From the NCBI GenBank assembly GCA_030651765.1, contig JAUSBY010000015.1:74043-138042 (forward strand): DNA of 64,000 nt. Reading direction: 5' to 3'. This DNA is from Coriobacteriia bacterium. Its GTDB lineage: Bacteria; Actinomycetota; Coriobacteriia; Anaerosomatales; Anaerosomataceae. The translations under genes and the position numbers were made by a program. This document shows, piece after piece, positions 17,231 through 25,477 of this stretch. The stretch's first letter is position 1. Every line of letters begins with the position of its first letter. Below the pieces are notes generated by a model. It was given only the letters and a program-made list of their open reading frames with translations, made no database searches and was not told the DNA's origin.

Positions 17231-19009
17231 ATGCGGCCGGTAGTGACGACGGTTAGTCTACACGTCCTTGGATGCTTCGTATCGATGTCTACTATCGCAT
17301 TGCGCGGTGAGGTAGAAGAGGAATCCCCGGACGCCCTTCCACTCCGCGACGCCTTTCTTGCGATTCTCGATCTTGAGGACCTTGCATCCTTCTTCGGTAC
17401 GGCGTACGAGGACTTGGGCCGCCTCATCTACGGCTACAAGCCGCAGTACAAGTATCGGACGTTCCTGATTCCGAAGAAGCGCAGCGGTTATCGAAAGATA
17501 TCGACCCCGTGCAAGAGCCTGAGACGCATTCAGAATCGGCTGAAGGCCGCCTTGGACGAGGTCTATCGGCCAAAGGCCTCAGTACACGGTTTCGTGAACG
17601 ACAGGAGCATCGTCACTAACGCGGACGCCCACCTCCGCAAACGGTACGTGTTCAACCTGGATCTGAGGGACTTCTATGGCTCGATCCACTTCGGCCGGGT
17701 GCGCAACCTGTTCATGAAGGATCCGTTCTCCTTCTCGTACGAGGTAGCGACCGTTGTCGCGCAAATCTGCTGCTTCGAAGGGTCTTTGCCTGCCGGGGCT
17801 CCGACTTCGCCTGTTGTCTCCAACATGATCGCCAGGAAGCTTGACTCCCGCTTGCAGACGATGGCCCGCAGGCGAAATTGCACCTACAGCAGGTACGCCG
17901 ACGACATCACCTTCTCATTTGACAAGCCGAGACTGCCCCATGACCTGGTCGATACTTCGGGCATGCACGCCCAGCCGGGCGCGGCGCTGCTGCAGGCAAT
18001 TGAGGACAACGGCTTCGAGGTGAATTATGAGAAGGTGCGATTGACCGGCCGATCTCAGCGGATGGAAGTCACCGGCCTGACGGTAAACGAGGCCGTGAAC
18101 GTTCGACGCCAATACGTTCGAGAACTGTCGTCAATGCTGCATGCATGGGAGAAGTTCGGTCTCGACAAGGCACAGGAGACCTTCCACTCAAGATTCGCGA
18201 AGCCTCACAGCGCTAGCGGTCAGCCCAAGTCTCTCGCTCATGTCGTGCACGGTAAGCTGGCGTTCTTGAAGAGTGTTAGGGGCGGGGACGATCCTCTGTA
18301 TAACCGGCTCGCCAGTAGGTTCAACAAGCTGGTGGGCGACAGCGCACTCGCATTGAATGTCGTCTCAATCTATGGTGCCGAGGAGTCATTGTGGATCGTG
18401 CACGCTAATGATCCGAAGGATACGAAGGAGCTTGAGCACCAAGGCAGCGGCTTCTCGTTGAGAGGAGTCGGCATTGTTACTTGTTGGCATGCCGTGAGTG
18501 AGCCGGTCTCACCGAAGTCCAGGTCGAGAAGACTGCTACCCATCGTCGAGGTATCAGGCTGGGATCGTCCGCTACCACGAACTCGTGCCAAGGTTGTCTT
18601 TCACGACGAAGACAGGGACCTGGCGATCTTACAGCGAGTAGGCGTTGACGAGGCCAAGACCACCCCCGCGCTCGTGATGTCAGAGCGTGACATCGCACAT
18701 CGACTACCACTCCACCTGCTTGGCTTTCCGGGCTGGCATGTTGGCGAAAGCTATAGCGACAAAGCGGTCAGGATATCGGCCTTGCGTACGGATCACGGTG
18801 TGCAGAAGTTCAACATTGACCAGCGGATTGACCATGGCAATAGTGGCGGCCCTCTCGTTGACGTAGAAGGCAAGGTGGCCGGAGTCGCCGTTGAACGCTC
18901 GTGGGATGGAGTCGGTAAGGACGGCGCTATTCACTACCTGGAATTGGAAGTAGTAGTCGAGGCATATCTTGACGACTTGGCATCAGGCAACGACCTGGCT
19001 GGGGCATAG
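17231..19009 (+). CDS. retron-type reverse transcriptase fused to a C-terminal trypsin-like (S1/Trypsin_2) serine protease
   Basis: RT motifs: NADAH (NAxxH), FNLDLRDFYGSI, SPVVSN, YSRYADDITFSF (YADD at 17894-17905), MEVTGLTVN (VTG). Protease triad: TCWHAV (His 18488-18490), DRDLAIL (Asp 18617-18619), GNSGGPLVD (Ser 18842-18844). Alternative ATG at 17285. Confidence 0.85.
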   Translation: MRPVVTTVSLHVLGCFVSMSTIALRGEVEEESPDALPLRDAFLAILDLEDLASFFGTAYEDLGRLIYGYKPQYKYRTFLIPKKRSGYRKISTPCKSLRRIQNRLKAALDEVYRPKASVHGFVNDRSIVTNADAHLRKRYVFNLDLRDFYGSIHFGRVRNLFMKDPFSFSYEVATVVAQICCFEGSLPAGAPTSPVVSNMIARKLDSRLQTMARRRNCTYSRYADDITFSFDKPRLPHDLVDTSGMHAQPGAALLQAIEDNGFEVNYEKVRLTGRSQRMEVTGLTVNEAVNVRRQYVRELSSMLHAWEKFGLDKAQETFHSRFAKPHSASGQPKSLAHVVHGKLAFLKSVRGGDDPLYNRLASRFNKLVGDSALALNVVSIYGAEESLWIVHANDPKDTKELEHQGSGFSLRGVGIVTCWHAVSEPVSPKSRSRRLLPIVEVSGWDRPLPRTRAKVVFHDEDRDLAILQRVGVDEAKTTPALVMSERDIAHRLPLHLLGFPGWHVGESYSDKAVRISALRTDHGVQKFNIDQRIDHGNSGGPLVDVEGKVAGVAVERSWDGVGKDGAIHYLELEVVVEAYLDDLASGNDLAGA

Positions 19010-19118
19010 AGACGGCAGATCACGATTACGGGCGTGACAACAGCCCTCTCTTTCCAGGCTTGACCTGCTGAGATTCCACGACTCCTAATCCCAGGGTCAA
19101 CTGTCGCTTGGCCATTCT

Positions 19119-19460
19119 CTACAGCTCCGTGTACTTCTCCCGCTTGCCCTTCGCCTTCTTCGCGGGGTACCTCTCGTCGTTCTTCGCGAGCTTTCGCTGC
19201 ACCGCCTTGGCCGGATCGATCCCCGTATCGTGTGCGAGCAGCAGCGCGTAGATCAGCACGTCGGCGATCTCCTCTTCGATCTCGCTGCGACGCTTCTCCA
19301 CGTCCTCAGCGATTGTCTCGTCGCTGCTCCACTGGAAGCATTCGAGCAACTCAGCGGCCTCGATGCTTATGCTCGCCGCCAGGTTTCTCGGCGAGTGGAA
19401 CTGCTTCCAGTCGCGCTCGTCTCGGAACTCCACGATCTGTCGGGTGAGGTCTTCGAGCAT
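19119..19460 (-). CDS. MazG-like nucleotide pyrophosphohydrolase (single-domain)
   Basis: FRDERDWKQFHSPRNLAASISIEAAELLE..EEIADVLIYALLLA is the EExxE/metal-binding helix pattern of MazG/YpjD-type enzymes. A GGAGGG RBS lies in the 3' end of the upstream gene, with a 5-nt spacer after its stop. Confidence 0.85.
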   Translation of the reverse strand: MLEDLTRQIVEFRDERDWKQFHSPRNLAASISIEAAELLECFQWSSDETIAEDVEKRRSEIEEEIADVLIYALLLAHDTGIDPAKAVQRKLAKNDERYPAKKAKGKREKYTEL

Positions 19461-19465
19461 CGGTA

Positions 19466-21403
19466 TCAGCCCTCCAGCGGGTCTTCGGCGGCGAGTGGCG
19501 CGGCGGTCGGCGTGAGCGCGTAGTCGGCCTTCGGCATGCGGCTGCGCAGGTACTCGCCCAGTGCAGCTTCGGTGCAGAACACGTAGCAGCCCTTCATGCC
19601 GCGGGTCATGAGCACGCGGTAGGTGTTGCGGATGAGATCGTCGGCGATGCGGGCGGCGCGCTCGGGGTCGTGCTTGGCGAGCTTCACGATGCCGCTGAGC
19701 GCCTTGTCGGACTTTGCACGCTTCGTGCGGTCGGTGATCACGCGGCCACCCTCGAAGCGCAGGTCGTTGCCCACGATCACGCCCACGTAGTCGAACTCGA
19801 GTCCCTGGCAGGTGTGGATGCAGCCCACCTGGTCGACCGAACCCTCGTCGATCGCCCACGTGTCGCTGTTGTTGAGGTTCCACGAGCGCGCGTAGGTGTG
19901 CGCGGGGATGACGATGTCGTGGTGGTTGGGGTTCGCGCGCCTGGCGCCGCTTTCCCACTCCCAGCAGTAGCCGGCCACCACGCGCGACTTGTTGGCCACA
20001 CGGTTCTTTTCGGCGATGGCTGCGTGCATTGCGTTCGGGTCGTCGAAGACGCGGAAGTCGTAGTCGAGGTCGGCCACATCCTCCTCGGCAGGGCGGATGC
20101 CCAGCACATCGTCGAGCCAGGTGAGGTAGCCGTCGCTGCCATTGCAGCGGAACTGCGAGAACAGGTCGGCCTCGTGGACGTGCGCACCCGCCGCCTCGGC
20201 ATGCGCACGGATGTCGGACACCGTGCCGGCGTCGCGGAGCGTGACGCGCTGCGTCTCGTCGATGAAGAAGACCGTGAAGCGCGCCGCCGCGATGAGCTCG
20301 GCAATCTGGTTCTCGCCCAGGTTGCCGTACAGGCCCGACTTCTCGTTCAGTCGGTGCGCTTCGTCGATCACGAGCGCGTCGAACGATTCCTCGGCCAGCT
20401 CCCAGAAGGCGCCCGAGCCGCGAAAGAGGTTGTTGATGTATGAGAGGGTGCGGTCTCTCCCGCGCAGCAGGCGCGCGTACACGTTGCGCGGCGCGCTGTT
20501 CTTGGAGACGTACTGGACCGTCATCTCCTCGGCGGTGAGACGCACGAGCAGGTTCACCGCCACCACCGACTTGCCGGTGCCAGGGCCGCCCCGGACGATG
20601 AGCACGTGCTTCTCGCTGGTGCGCTGCGCCTCGCGCGCGAGGGCCACGGCGGCCTCGAAGACCACCTTCTGGTCGTCGATCATCACGAACTCGTCGTTGC
20701 CGTCGAGCATGCCGGCAAGCGCGTCCTGGAGCGACTTGGACGGGCGCAGTCGGCCGCTCTCGATGTGGTAGAGCACCGCCCCGTCGTCGGCGTGCGTGAT
20801 GTGGCGGCAGATGAAATTGCGGAGCTTCAGCGCGTCGCCGTTGCAGAACGCGGGTGCACGCTCGAGGTACTCGAGGTAGGCGGGGTCGAGCAGGGGGTCG
20901 TACCCCTCGGCGGTGTGGTAGTTGTGCAGGTACGCGCAGGGCACGAGCTCGATCTGCGCGTCTCGGACGGCCTCGTTGTAGTCCTCGATCATGCGGGCGT
21001 ACGACCACGCCTGGTAGGAGGGGTGGGAGACCTCGCGGTGTGCGCCGCCCACGAACGTGCGCACGATGGCGTCTTTGGTGGGCACCGCCTCGAGAGCGCT
21101 CCACTGCTTGAGCTCCACGATCACCGCAGCGTCGCGGTCGCCGTTCTGGCGGCCGGTGAGCAGGAAGTCGATTCGGCTGCTCGTGTACGGCACCCCAAAC
21201 TCGATCGCCACGCCGCAGCCGCCGGGGATCGCCTCGGTGTTGAGCACCCGGTACATGTACTGCATCGAGTTGCGCCAGCTCTCCACCTCGCGCGGGTTGG
21301 CGCGGTGGATCCTGCGCTCGAAGGCCGCCGTGATGTGGTCGACGATCAAGTCGCGGTCCACGTCGTCCATGAACTCGGCCTTGGAGGCTTGATAGACGAG
21401 CAC
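19466..21403 (-). CDS. DUF2075-family (Schlafen-like) P-loop ATPase/helicase-like protein
   Basis: N-terminus VLVYQASKAEFMDDV..., Walker A GGPGTGKSVVAVNLL, DEAHRL, and C-terminal VLMTRGMKGCYVF are typical of DUF2075. GTG start at 21403 chosen because family members start at (M/V)xVYQ. Confidence 0.85.
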   Translation of the reverse strand: MLVYQASKAEFMDDVDRDLIVDHITAAFERRIHRANPREVESWRNSMQYMYRVLNTEAIPGGCGVAIEFGVPYTSSRIDFLLTGRQNGDRDAAVIVELKQWSALEAVPTKDAIVRTFVGGAHREVSHPSYQAWSYARMIEDYNEAVRDAQIELVPCAYLHNYHTAEGYDPLLDPAYLEYLERAPAFCNGDALKLRNFICRHITHADDGAVLYHIESGRLRPSKSLQDALAGMLDGNDEFVMIDDQKVVFEAAVALAREAQRTSEKHVLIVRGGPGTGKSVVAVNLLVRLTAEEMTVQYVSKNSAPRNVYARLLRGRDRTLSYINNLFRGSGAFWELAEESFDALVIDEAHRLNEKSGLYGNLGENQIAELIAAARFTVFFIDETQRVTLRDAGTVSDIRAHAEAAGAHVHEADLFSQFRCNGSDGYLTWLDDVLGIRPAEEDVADLDYDFRVFDDPNAMHAAIAEKNRVANKSRVVAGYCWEWESGARRANPNHHDIVIPAHTYARSWNLNNSDTWAIDEGSVDQVGCIHTCQGLEFDYVGVIVGNDLRFEGGRVITDRTKRAKSDKALSGIVKLAKHDPERAARIADDLIRNTYRVLMTRGMKGCYVFCTEAALGEYLRSRMPKADYALTPTAAPLAAEDPLEG

Positions 21404-21491
21404 GGGGCGGCTCCGGGGAAGAGCGGGCAAGGGCTGGGACCAGGGTAGCAGAGGAGGGAGGCGGTTCACTCCCCTTCGGCATCTTGACCAA

Positions 21492-21507
21492 TCGAACATA
21501 TGTTCTA
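21492..21507. promoter_or_regulatory. SOS (LexA/Cheo) box-like palindrome TCGAACATATGTTCTA
   Basis: Perfect 12-bp palindrome GAACATATGTTC at 21494-21505 in the divergent intergenic region between the DUF2075 and ORF6N genes. It matches the Gram-positive LexA consensus CGAAC-N4-GTTC. Confidence 0.45.
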
Positions 21508-21529
21508 TCATGGGCAGTGGGGATGTGTC

Positions 21530-21596
21530 CTGTGATTTCAAGTCAGGCCTGTGACCAGGGCAAACGATCTTGACATCACAGACTGTGATTTCAAGT
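21530..21596. repeat. two direct copies of CTGTGATTTCAAGT (21530-21543 and 21583-21596)
   Basis: Exact 14-mer repeated 53 bp apart in the same divergent promoter region. ATCTTGAC also occurs twice (21481 and 21566). Confidence 0.6.
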
Positions 21597-21607
21597 TGGG
21601 GGAAACC

Positions 21608-22120
21608 ATGACGGACGGGACTGCACTGATGCCGGTTGAGGCTGCGGAGTTGCGCATTCGTGTCGTCCGGGATACCCGGGTAATCCTTGATGCTGACCTT
21701 GCCGTGCTCTACGGGGTGGAGACACGTATGCTCGTGCAGGCGGTCCGCCGCAACCCCGACCGCTTCCCTTCGGACTTCATGTTCGAGCTGACATTGGACG
21801 AGTGGGCGGCCCTCAGGAGTGCTGCATCGGCCATGGATGGCTGGGGTGGGCGCCGCACGCCGCCGCTCGCCTTCACGGAGCAGGGCATCGCAATGCTCTC
21901 CAGCGTGCTCCGTAGTCCCCGGGCGGTCGCGGTCAACGTGCAGATCATGCGTGCGTTCGTGCGGCTGCGCGAGATTCTTGCGGAGAACGCAGACCTGTCG
22001 CGTCGGCTGGATGATCTGGAGCAGCGATACGACGACCAGTTCAAGATCATCATCCAGGCGATTCAGGCGCTCACGGCACCACCGGTGAGGCCGCGGAATC
22101 CGGTGGGGTTCAGGCCCTGA
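21608..22120 (+). CDS. ORF6N/KilA-N-like DNA-binding domain protein
   Basis: IRVVRDTRVILDADLAVLYGVETRMLVQAVRRNPDRFPSDFMFELT is the ORF6N pattern, followed by a coiled-coil C-terminus. Start uncertain (GTG 21551 or ATG 21608). Confidence 0.65.
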   Translation: MTDGTALMPVEAAELRIRVVRDTRVILDADLAVLYGVETRMLVQAVRRNPDRFPSDFMFELTLDEWAALRSAASAMDGWGGRRTPPLAFTEQGIAMLSSVLRSPRAVAVNVQIMRAFVRLREILAENADLSRRLDDLEQRYDDQFKIIIQAIQALTAPPVRPRNPVGFRP

Positions 22121-22209
22121 GTCACCCTCGGCAGACGCCCGCCACCCCGAACTCGATCGCCACGGATCTTGCGCTCGAAGGCCAGGGCGGACGGGGGCCG
22201 TGTCCCGCC

Positions 22210-22998
22210 CTACCGCAGTGCCTCCTCCGACGCCCCGAGCCGCCGCGATATCTCGGCGGCAGCGTTGCGGACCACCGACGCGAGGCCCCCCAGCCGGTCG
22301 AGCGGCATTCGCGTAGCCGGCCCCGAGATGCTGATCGCCGCTACCACGTCACCCCGGTGGTCGAACACCGGCGCTCCCACGCACCGGATCTCACACTCGT
22401 TCTCCTGGTCGTCGATCGCATACCCCTCGGCACGCGCTCGCTCCATCTCGGCGCGCAGAGCTTCGGGCTCCACGATCGTGTACTCGGTTCGCGCTTGCAT
22501 ACCGTGTTGCACGACCGCGTCGAGCACGGACGTGTCCGAGTGGGCGAGAAGCATCTTGCCCATCGCGGTGCTGTACAGCGGCTGACGGCTGCCGATCCGG
22601 GAGACCGTGCGCACCGAAAGCGGGCTCTCCACCTTGTCGACGTAGACCACGTCCACTCCATCGCGCACGCCGAGGTGCGCCGTCTCCTGCGTTTCCGCCA
22701 CGAGCGTGCGCAGGACCGGCTCGGCAACGTCATGTACGTCGAAGTGCTCGAGGTAGATCTGGCCGAGCCGCGCGGTCTGCGGGCCCAGCCGGTAGCGTCC
22801 GGTGTCCTCGTCCTGCTCGACGAGCCGCGCCTCGGCCAGGGGCTGCAACAGCCGCGAGACCGTGCTGCGGTTCACGCCGCTTGCGGCGGCGATCTCCGTG
22901 AGTGTGGGCGAGTGTCCGCGCTCGCATGCTGCGGCCACTGCGCCCAGCAGGTCGAGCGCGCGCCTGAGTGACGACGATTGGTTTCTGCTCGCGGTCAT
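22210..22998 (-). CDS. IclR-family transcriptional regulator
   Basis: LRRALDLLGAVAA..LTEIAAASGVNRSTVSRLLQPL HTH plus a C-terminal IclR effector domain (ENECEIRCVGAPVFDHRGDVVAAISISGP). Confidence 0.85.
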   Translation of the reverse strand: MTASRNQSSSLRRALDLLGAVAAACERGHSPTLTEIAAASGVNRSTVSRLLQPLAEARLVEQDEDTGRYRLGPQTARLGQIYLEHFDVHDVAEPVLRTLVAETQETAHLGVRDGVDVVYVDKVESPLSVRTVSRIGSRQPLYSTAMGKMLLAHSDTSVLDAVVQHGMQARTEYTIVEPEALRAEMERARAEGYAIDDQENECEIRCVGAPVFDHRGDVVAAISISGPATRMPLDRLGGLASVVRNAAAEISRRLGASEEALR

Positions 22999-23072
22999 GC
23001 GTGCTCCCGTGGTCGCGATATGGGCGCCAACTTGACGCCCGCTGTCAGTATAGGCACTATAGTGGGTAACAA

Positions 23073-23098
23073 GCAAACGTGAGGTTTGCTATGCAAAC
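23073..23098. promoter_or_regulatory. GCAAAC / GTTTGC / GCAAAC repeat set at the start of the ThrC-like gene
   Basis: aaGCAAACgtgagGTTTGCtatGCAAACag lies in the IclR-divergent intergenic region. It is a candidate operator. Confidence 0.35.
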
Positions 23099-24410
23099 AG
23101 ATTCGAGGGGACAACAGTTTCACCATTCCGCCACGCCACCCCCTGACAGGGGACGCGCGTGGCCGTTGCGCTGTGTCTCGTGCAGCCAGACGTTCTCCGA
23201 CATGGCGTACCGCTGCAGTCGATGCGGCGGGGTGCTCGAGGTAGACATCTCGCTCACGCGCGAGCAATGGGACGCGGTGGAGTATCCGTCAGTGGCTGCC
23301 AGTCAGTGGATGTACCGGGCGCGAATGCCCGTGGGGTTGGCTGACCCGATCACGCTCGGCGAGGGCGCCACACCGCTCATCAACGCGACATCTGCTCTGG
23401 CCAGACCCGGTCACCCCGGTGAGGTCCTCCTCAAGGACGAGACCGGCAACCCTACGGGGTCGTTCAAGGACCGGCTCGTCTCGGTAGGCATAAGCCGCGC
23501 GGTCGAGGACGGGTACACCGCGATCGTGTGTGCATCCACGGGGAACGCCGGTGCGTCGGCAGCCGCCTACGCCGCGCGCGCCGGCCTTCCCTGCGTGGTC
23601 TGCGTCCCGGCATCTGCTCCTGCCGCCAAGCTGCGGCAGATCCAGGCGTACGGCGCACGCTTCGTAGCGGTGCACGGCACCTATAGCGATGCGTGGGCGG
23701 TGGCCGACGCACTGCAGCGTGTCGGCTCCTTCGTCAACGTCACCACCACCTATCAGAACCCGTACGGAGTCTCCGCCCTGCGGGCAGTGGCCTACGAGCT
23801 GCTCGACGAGATGGGCGGCGAGGTTCCCGACGCGGTCTTCGTGCCCACAGGCTCCGGGCCGCTCGTGCGCGGCGTGCTGTGGGGTTACGAGGAAGCGCTC
23901 GCACTCGGCATCATCGACCGCGTGCCCGCAGTGGTGGCGGTGCAGGCCCAGGGGTGTGCGCCGATCGTGCGAGCCTTTGACGTGGGCGCCGAGGAGGTCG
24001 AGCCCTGGGGCGAGCCGCACACCGCGGCCGCCGGCATCGCCGATCCTCTCGAGGGCTACACGCAGGACGGTACGTACACGCTTGCGATGGTGCGCCGCAG
24101 CAGCGGCTGGGCCATCGCAGTGTCCGACGATGAGATCCGCAGCGCCGCAGCCGAACTCTCCCTCCAGGTCGGCGTGTTCTCCGAGCTCAGCGGCGCTGCG
24201 GGTCTTGCCGGACTGCGTGCCTCACTGGCCCACGGCATCCTCTCGCCTGAGGCCACCGCAGTGGTGCTGGTCACCGGCTCGGGATTCAAGGATCTCGACC
24301 GCCGGGACGTTCCCTCGGGCTCGCGGCTCGACTTTCATCCGGCCATCGACGACGTCGCCGAGTTGGCCGAGCGGATCATGGCGGAAGGTCCCGGCAACGG
24401 CGGGGCATGA
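23091..24410 (+). CDS. threonine synthase-like fold-type II PLP enzyme with N-terminal zinc ribbon
   Basis: CVSCSQTF..YRCSRCGG zinc ribbon, PLP lysine context NPTGSFKDRL, and STGNAGAS. True activity is unknown. Confidence 0.8.
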   Translation: MQTDSRGQQFHHSATPPPDRGRAWPLRCVSCSQTFSDMAYRCSRCGGVLEVDISLTREQWDAVEYPSVAASQWMYRARMPVGLADPITLGEGATPLINATSALARPGHPGEVLLKDETGNPTGSFKDRLVSVGISRAVEDGYTAIVCASTGNAGASAAAYAARAGLPCVVCVPASAPAAKLRQIQAYGARFVAVHGTYSDAWAVADALQRVGSFVNVTTTYQNPYGVSALRAVAYELLDEMGGEVPDAVFVPTGSGPLVRGVLWGYEEALALGIIDRVPAVVAVQAQGCAPIVRAFDVGAEEVEPWGEPHTAAAGIADPLEGYTQDGTYTLAMVRRSSGWAIAVSDDEIRSAAAELSLQVGVFSELSGAAGLAGLRASLAHGILSPEATAVVLVTGSGFKDLDRRDVPSGSRLDFHPAIDDVAELAERIMAEGPGNGGA

Positions 24411-24454
24411 CGAGGGACGGCGCGGATCGGGCAATCGAGCGAGATAGGAGTGAG

Positions 24455-25390
24455 ATGATGAGGCGCATGAGAAGGTTCCTAGGAGAGGGTGGAGGCGGAC
24501 GACTGCGCACGCTGCTGGTGCTGTCCATCGTTCTGGCACTCGCAACTGCGGTGGGCTGCGCTGAGACTGCAGTGGAAGAACCGGACGAGGGCACCCCGCC
24601 TCCGGTTGTTGAGGAAGAGGAGACCACGCTCGATCGCATCAAGAGCGAAGGCGTGGTGCGTGTGGGCTTCGCCAACGAGGCGCCGTATGCGTACTCCACC
24701 CCTGACGGCAAGCTCGCGGGTTTCATGCCTGCGACGATGGAGTACATCTTCAGCCAGATCGGTGACATCAGACTCGAAGGCGTGCTCACCGAGTTCAGCG
24801 GTCTGATCCCGGGTCTGCAAGCAGGCCGCTTCGACTGTGTCGGCGCCGGTCTGTACATCAATGCCGAGCGCGCCGAGCAGGCCATCCCGGCCAATCCGCA
24901 GTACACCGCGGCCGAGGGCATGGCGGTTCTCGCCGGTAATCCGAAAGGCATCACCGGCTATGCGGATCTGCTCAAGGACGGCGTGAAGTTCGGTACGGTC
25001 TCCGGTTCGATAAACCTGCAGTACGCAACGGACGCTGGCGTGGCCGAGGGCGACGTCGTGCTGTTCCCGGACGTGCCTTCGGCCCTCGCGGGTCTTGAGG
25101 CCGGCCGGGTGGACGCCATCGGCATGAGCGTGATCTCGCTGCGTGATGCGATGACGAAGTCGGGCACCACCAAGATCGTGATCGCCGATCCGTTCACCGC
25201 TCCCGAGGGCGCGAACGCCTACGGCGCCGTGTACTTCGCGCTGGGCGATGAGGAGCTTGCAGAACTGTACAACGCGGAACTCGCGAAGGCGGTCGAGTCC
25301 GGCAAGATCCTGGAGATCCTTGAGGCCCAGGGCTTTGGCAAGGAGATGCTGCCGCCCGAGGGTGTGACTTCGCAAGATCTGATCAAGTAA
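24455..25390 (+). CDS. polar amino-acid ABC transporter substrate-binding lipoprotein (EhuB-like order)
   Basis: Lipobox LALATAVGC and a family-3 SBP pattern. It is followed by two permeases and an ATPase. Confidence 0.8.
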   Translation: MMRRMRRFLGEGGGGRLRTLLVLSIVLALATAVGCAETAVEEPDEGTPPPVVEEEETTLDRIKSEGVVRVGFANEAPYAYSTPDGKLAGFMPATMEYIFSQIGDIRLEGVLTEFSGLIPGLQAGRFDCVGAGLYINAERAEQAIPANPQYTAAEGMAVLAGNPKGITGYADLLKDGVKFGTVSGSINLQYATDAGVAEGDVVLFPDVPSALAGLEAGRVDAIGMSVISLRDAMTKSGTTKIVIADPFTAPEGANAYGAVYFALGDEELAELYNAELAKAVESGKILEILEAQGFGKEMLPPEGVTSQDLIK

Positions 25391-25477
25391 CACCGGCCCG
25401 TCTGTGAACTGATGCCGCCGTCTCGCGCACAAGACGGCGGGGCGGCGGCATCACACCGATGACGAAGGACCGCACCC

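Noticed and set aside
17231-19009. Alternative reading of the RT as a group II intron maturase or a CRISPR-associated RT
   Set aside because: There is no X/maturase or endonuclease domain after the RT, and no intron-like structured RNA flanks (domain V/VI) are evident. There are no cas genes or repeats nearby. The NAxxH and VTG motifs favour a retron-type RT.
19119-21491. 790-aa ORF on the minus strand spanning MazG and most of the DUF2075 gene
   Set aside because: Only its last 113 codons (MLEDLTRQ...) look like a real protein (MazG). The rest is an Arg/Pro/Gly-rich alternate frame of the DUF2075 gene, which is typical of high-G+C shadow ORFs.
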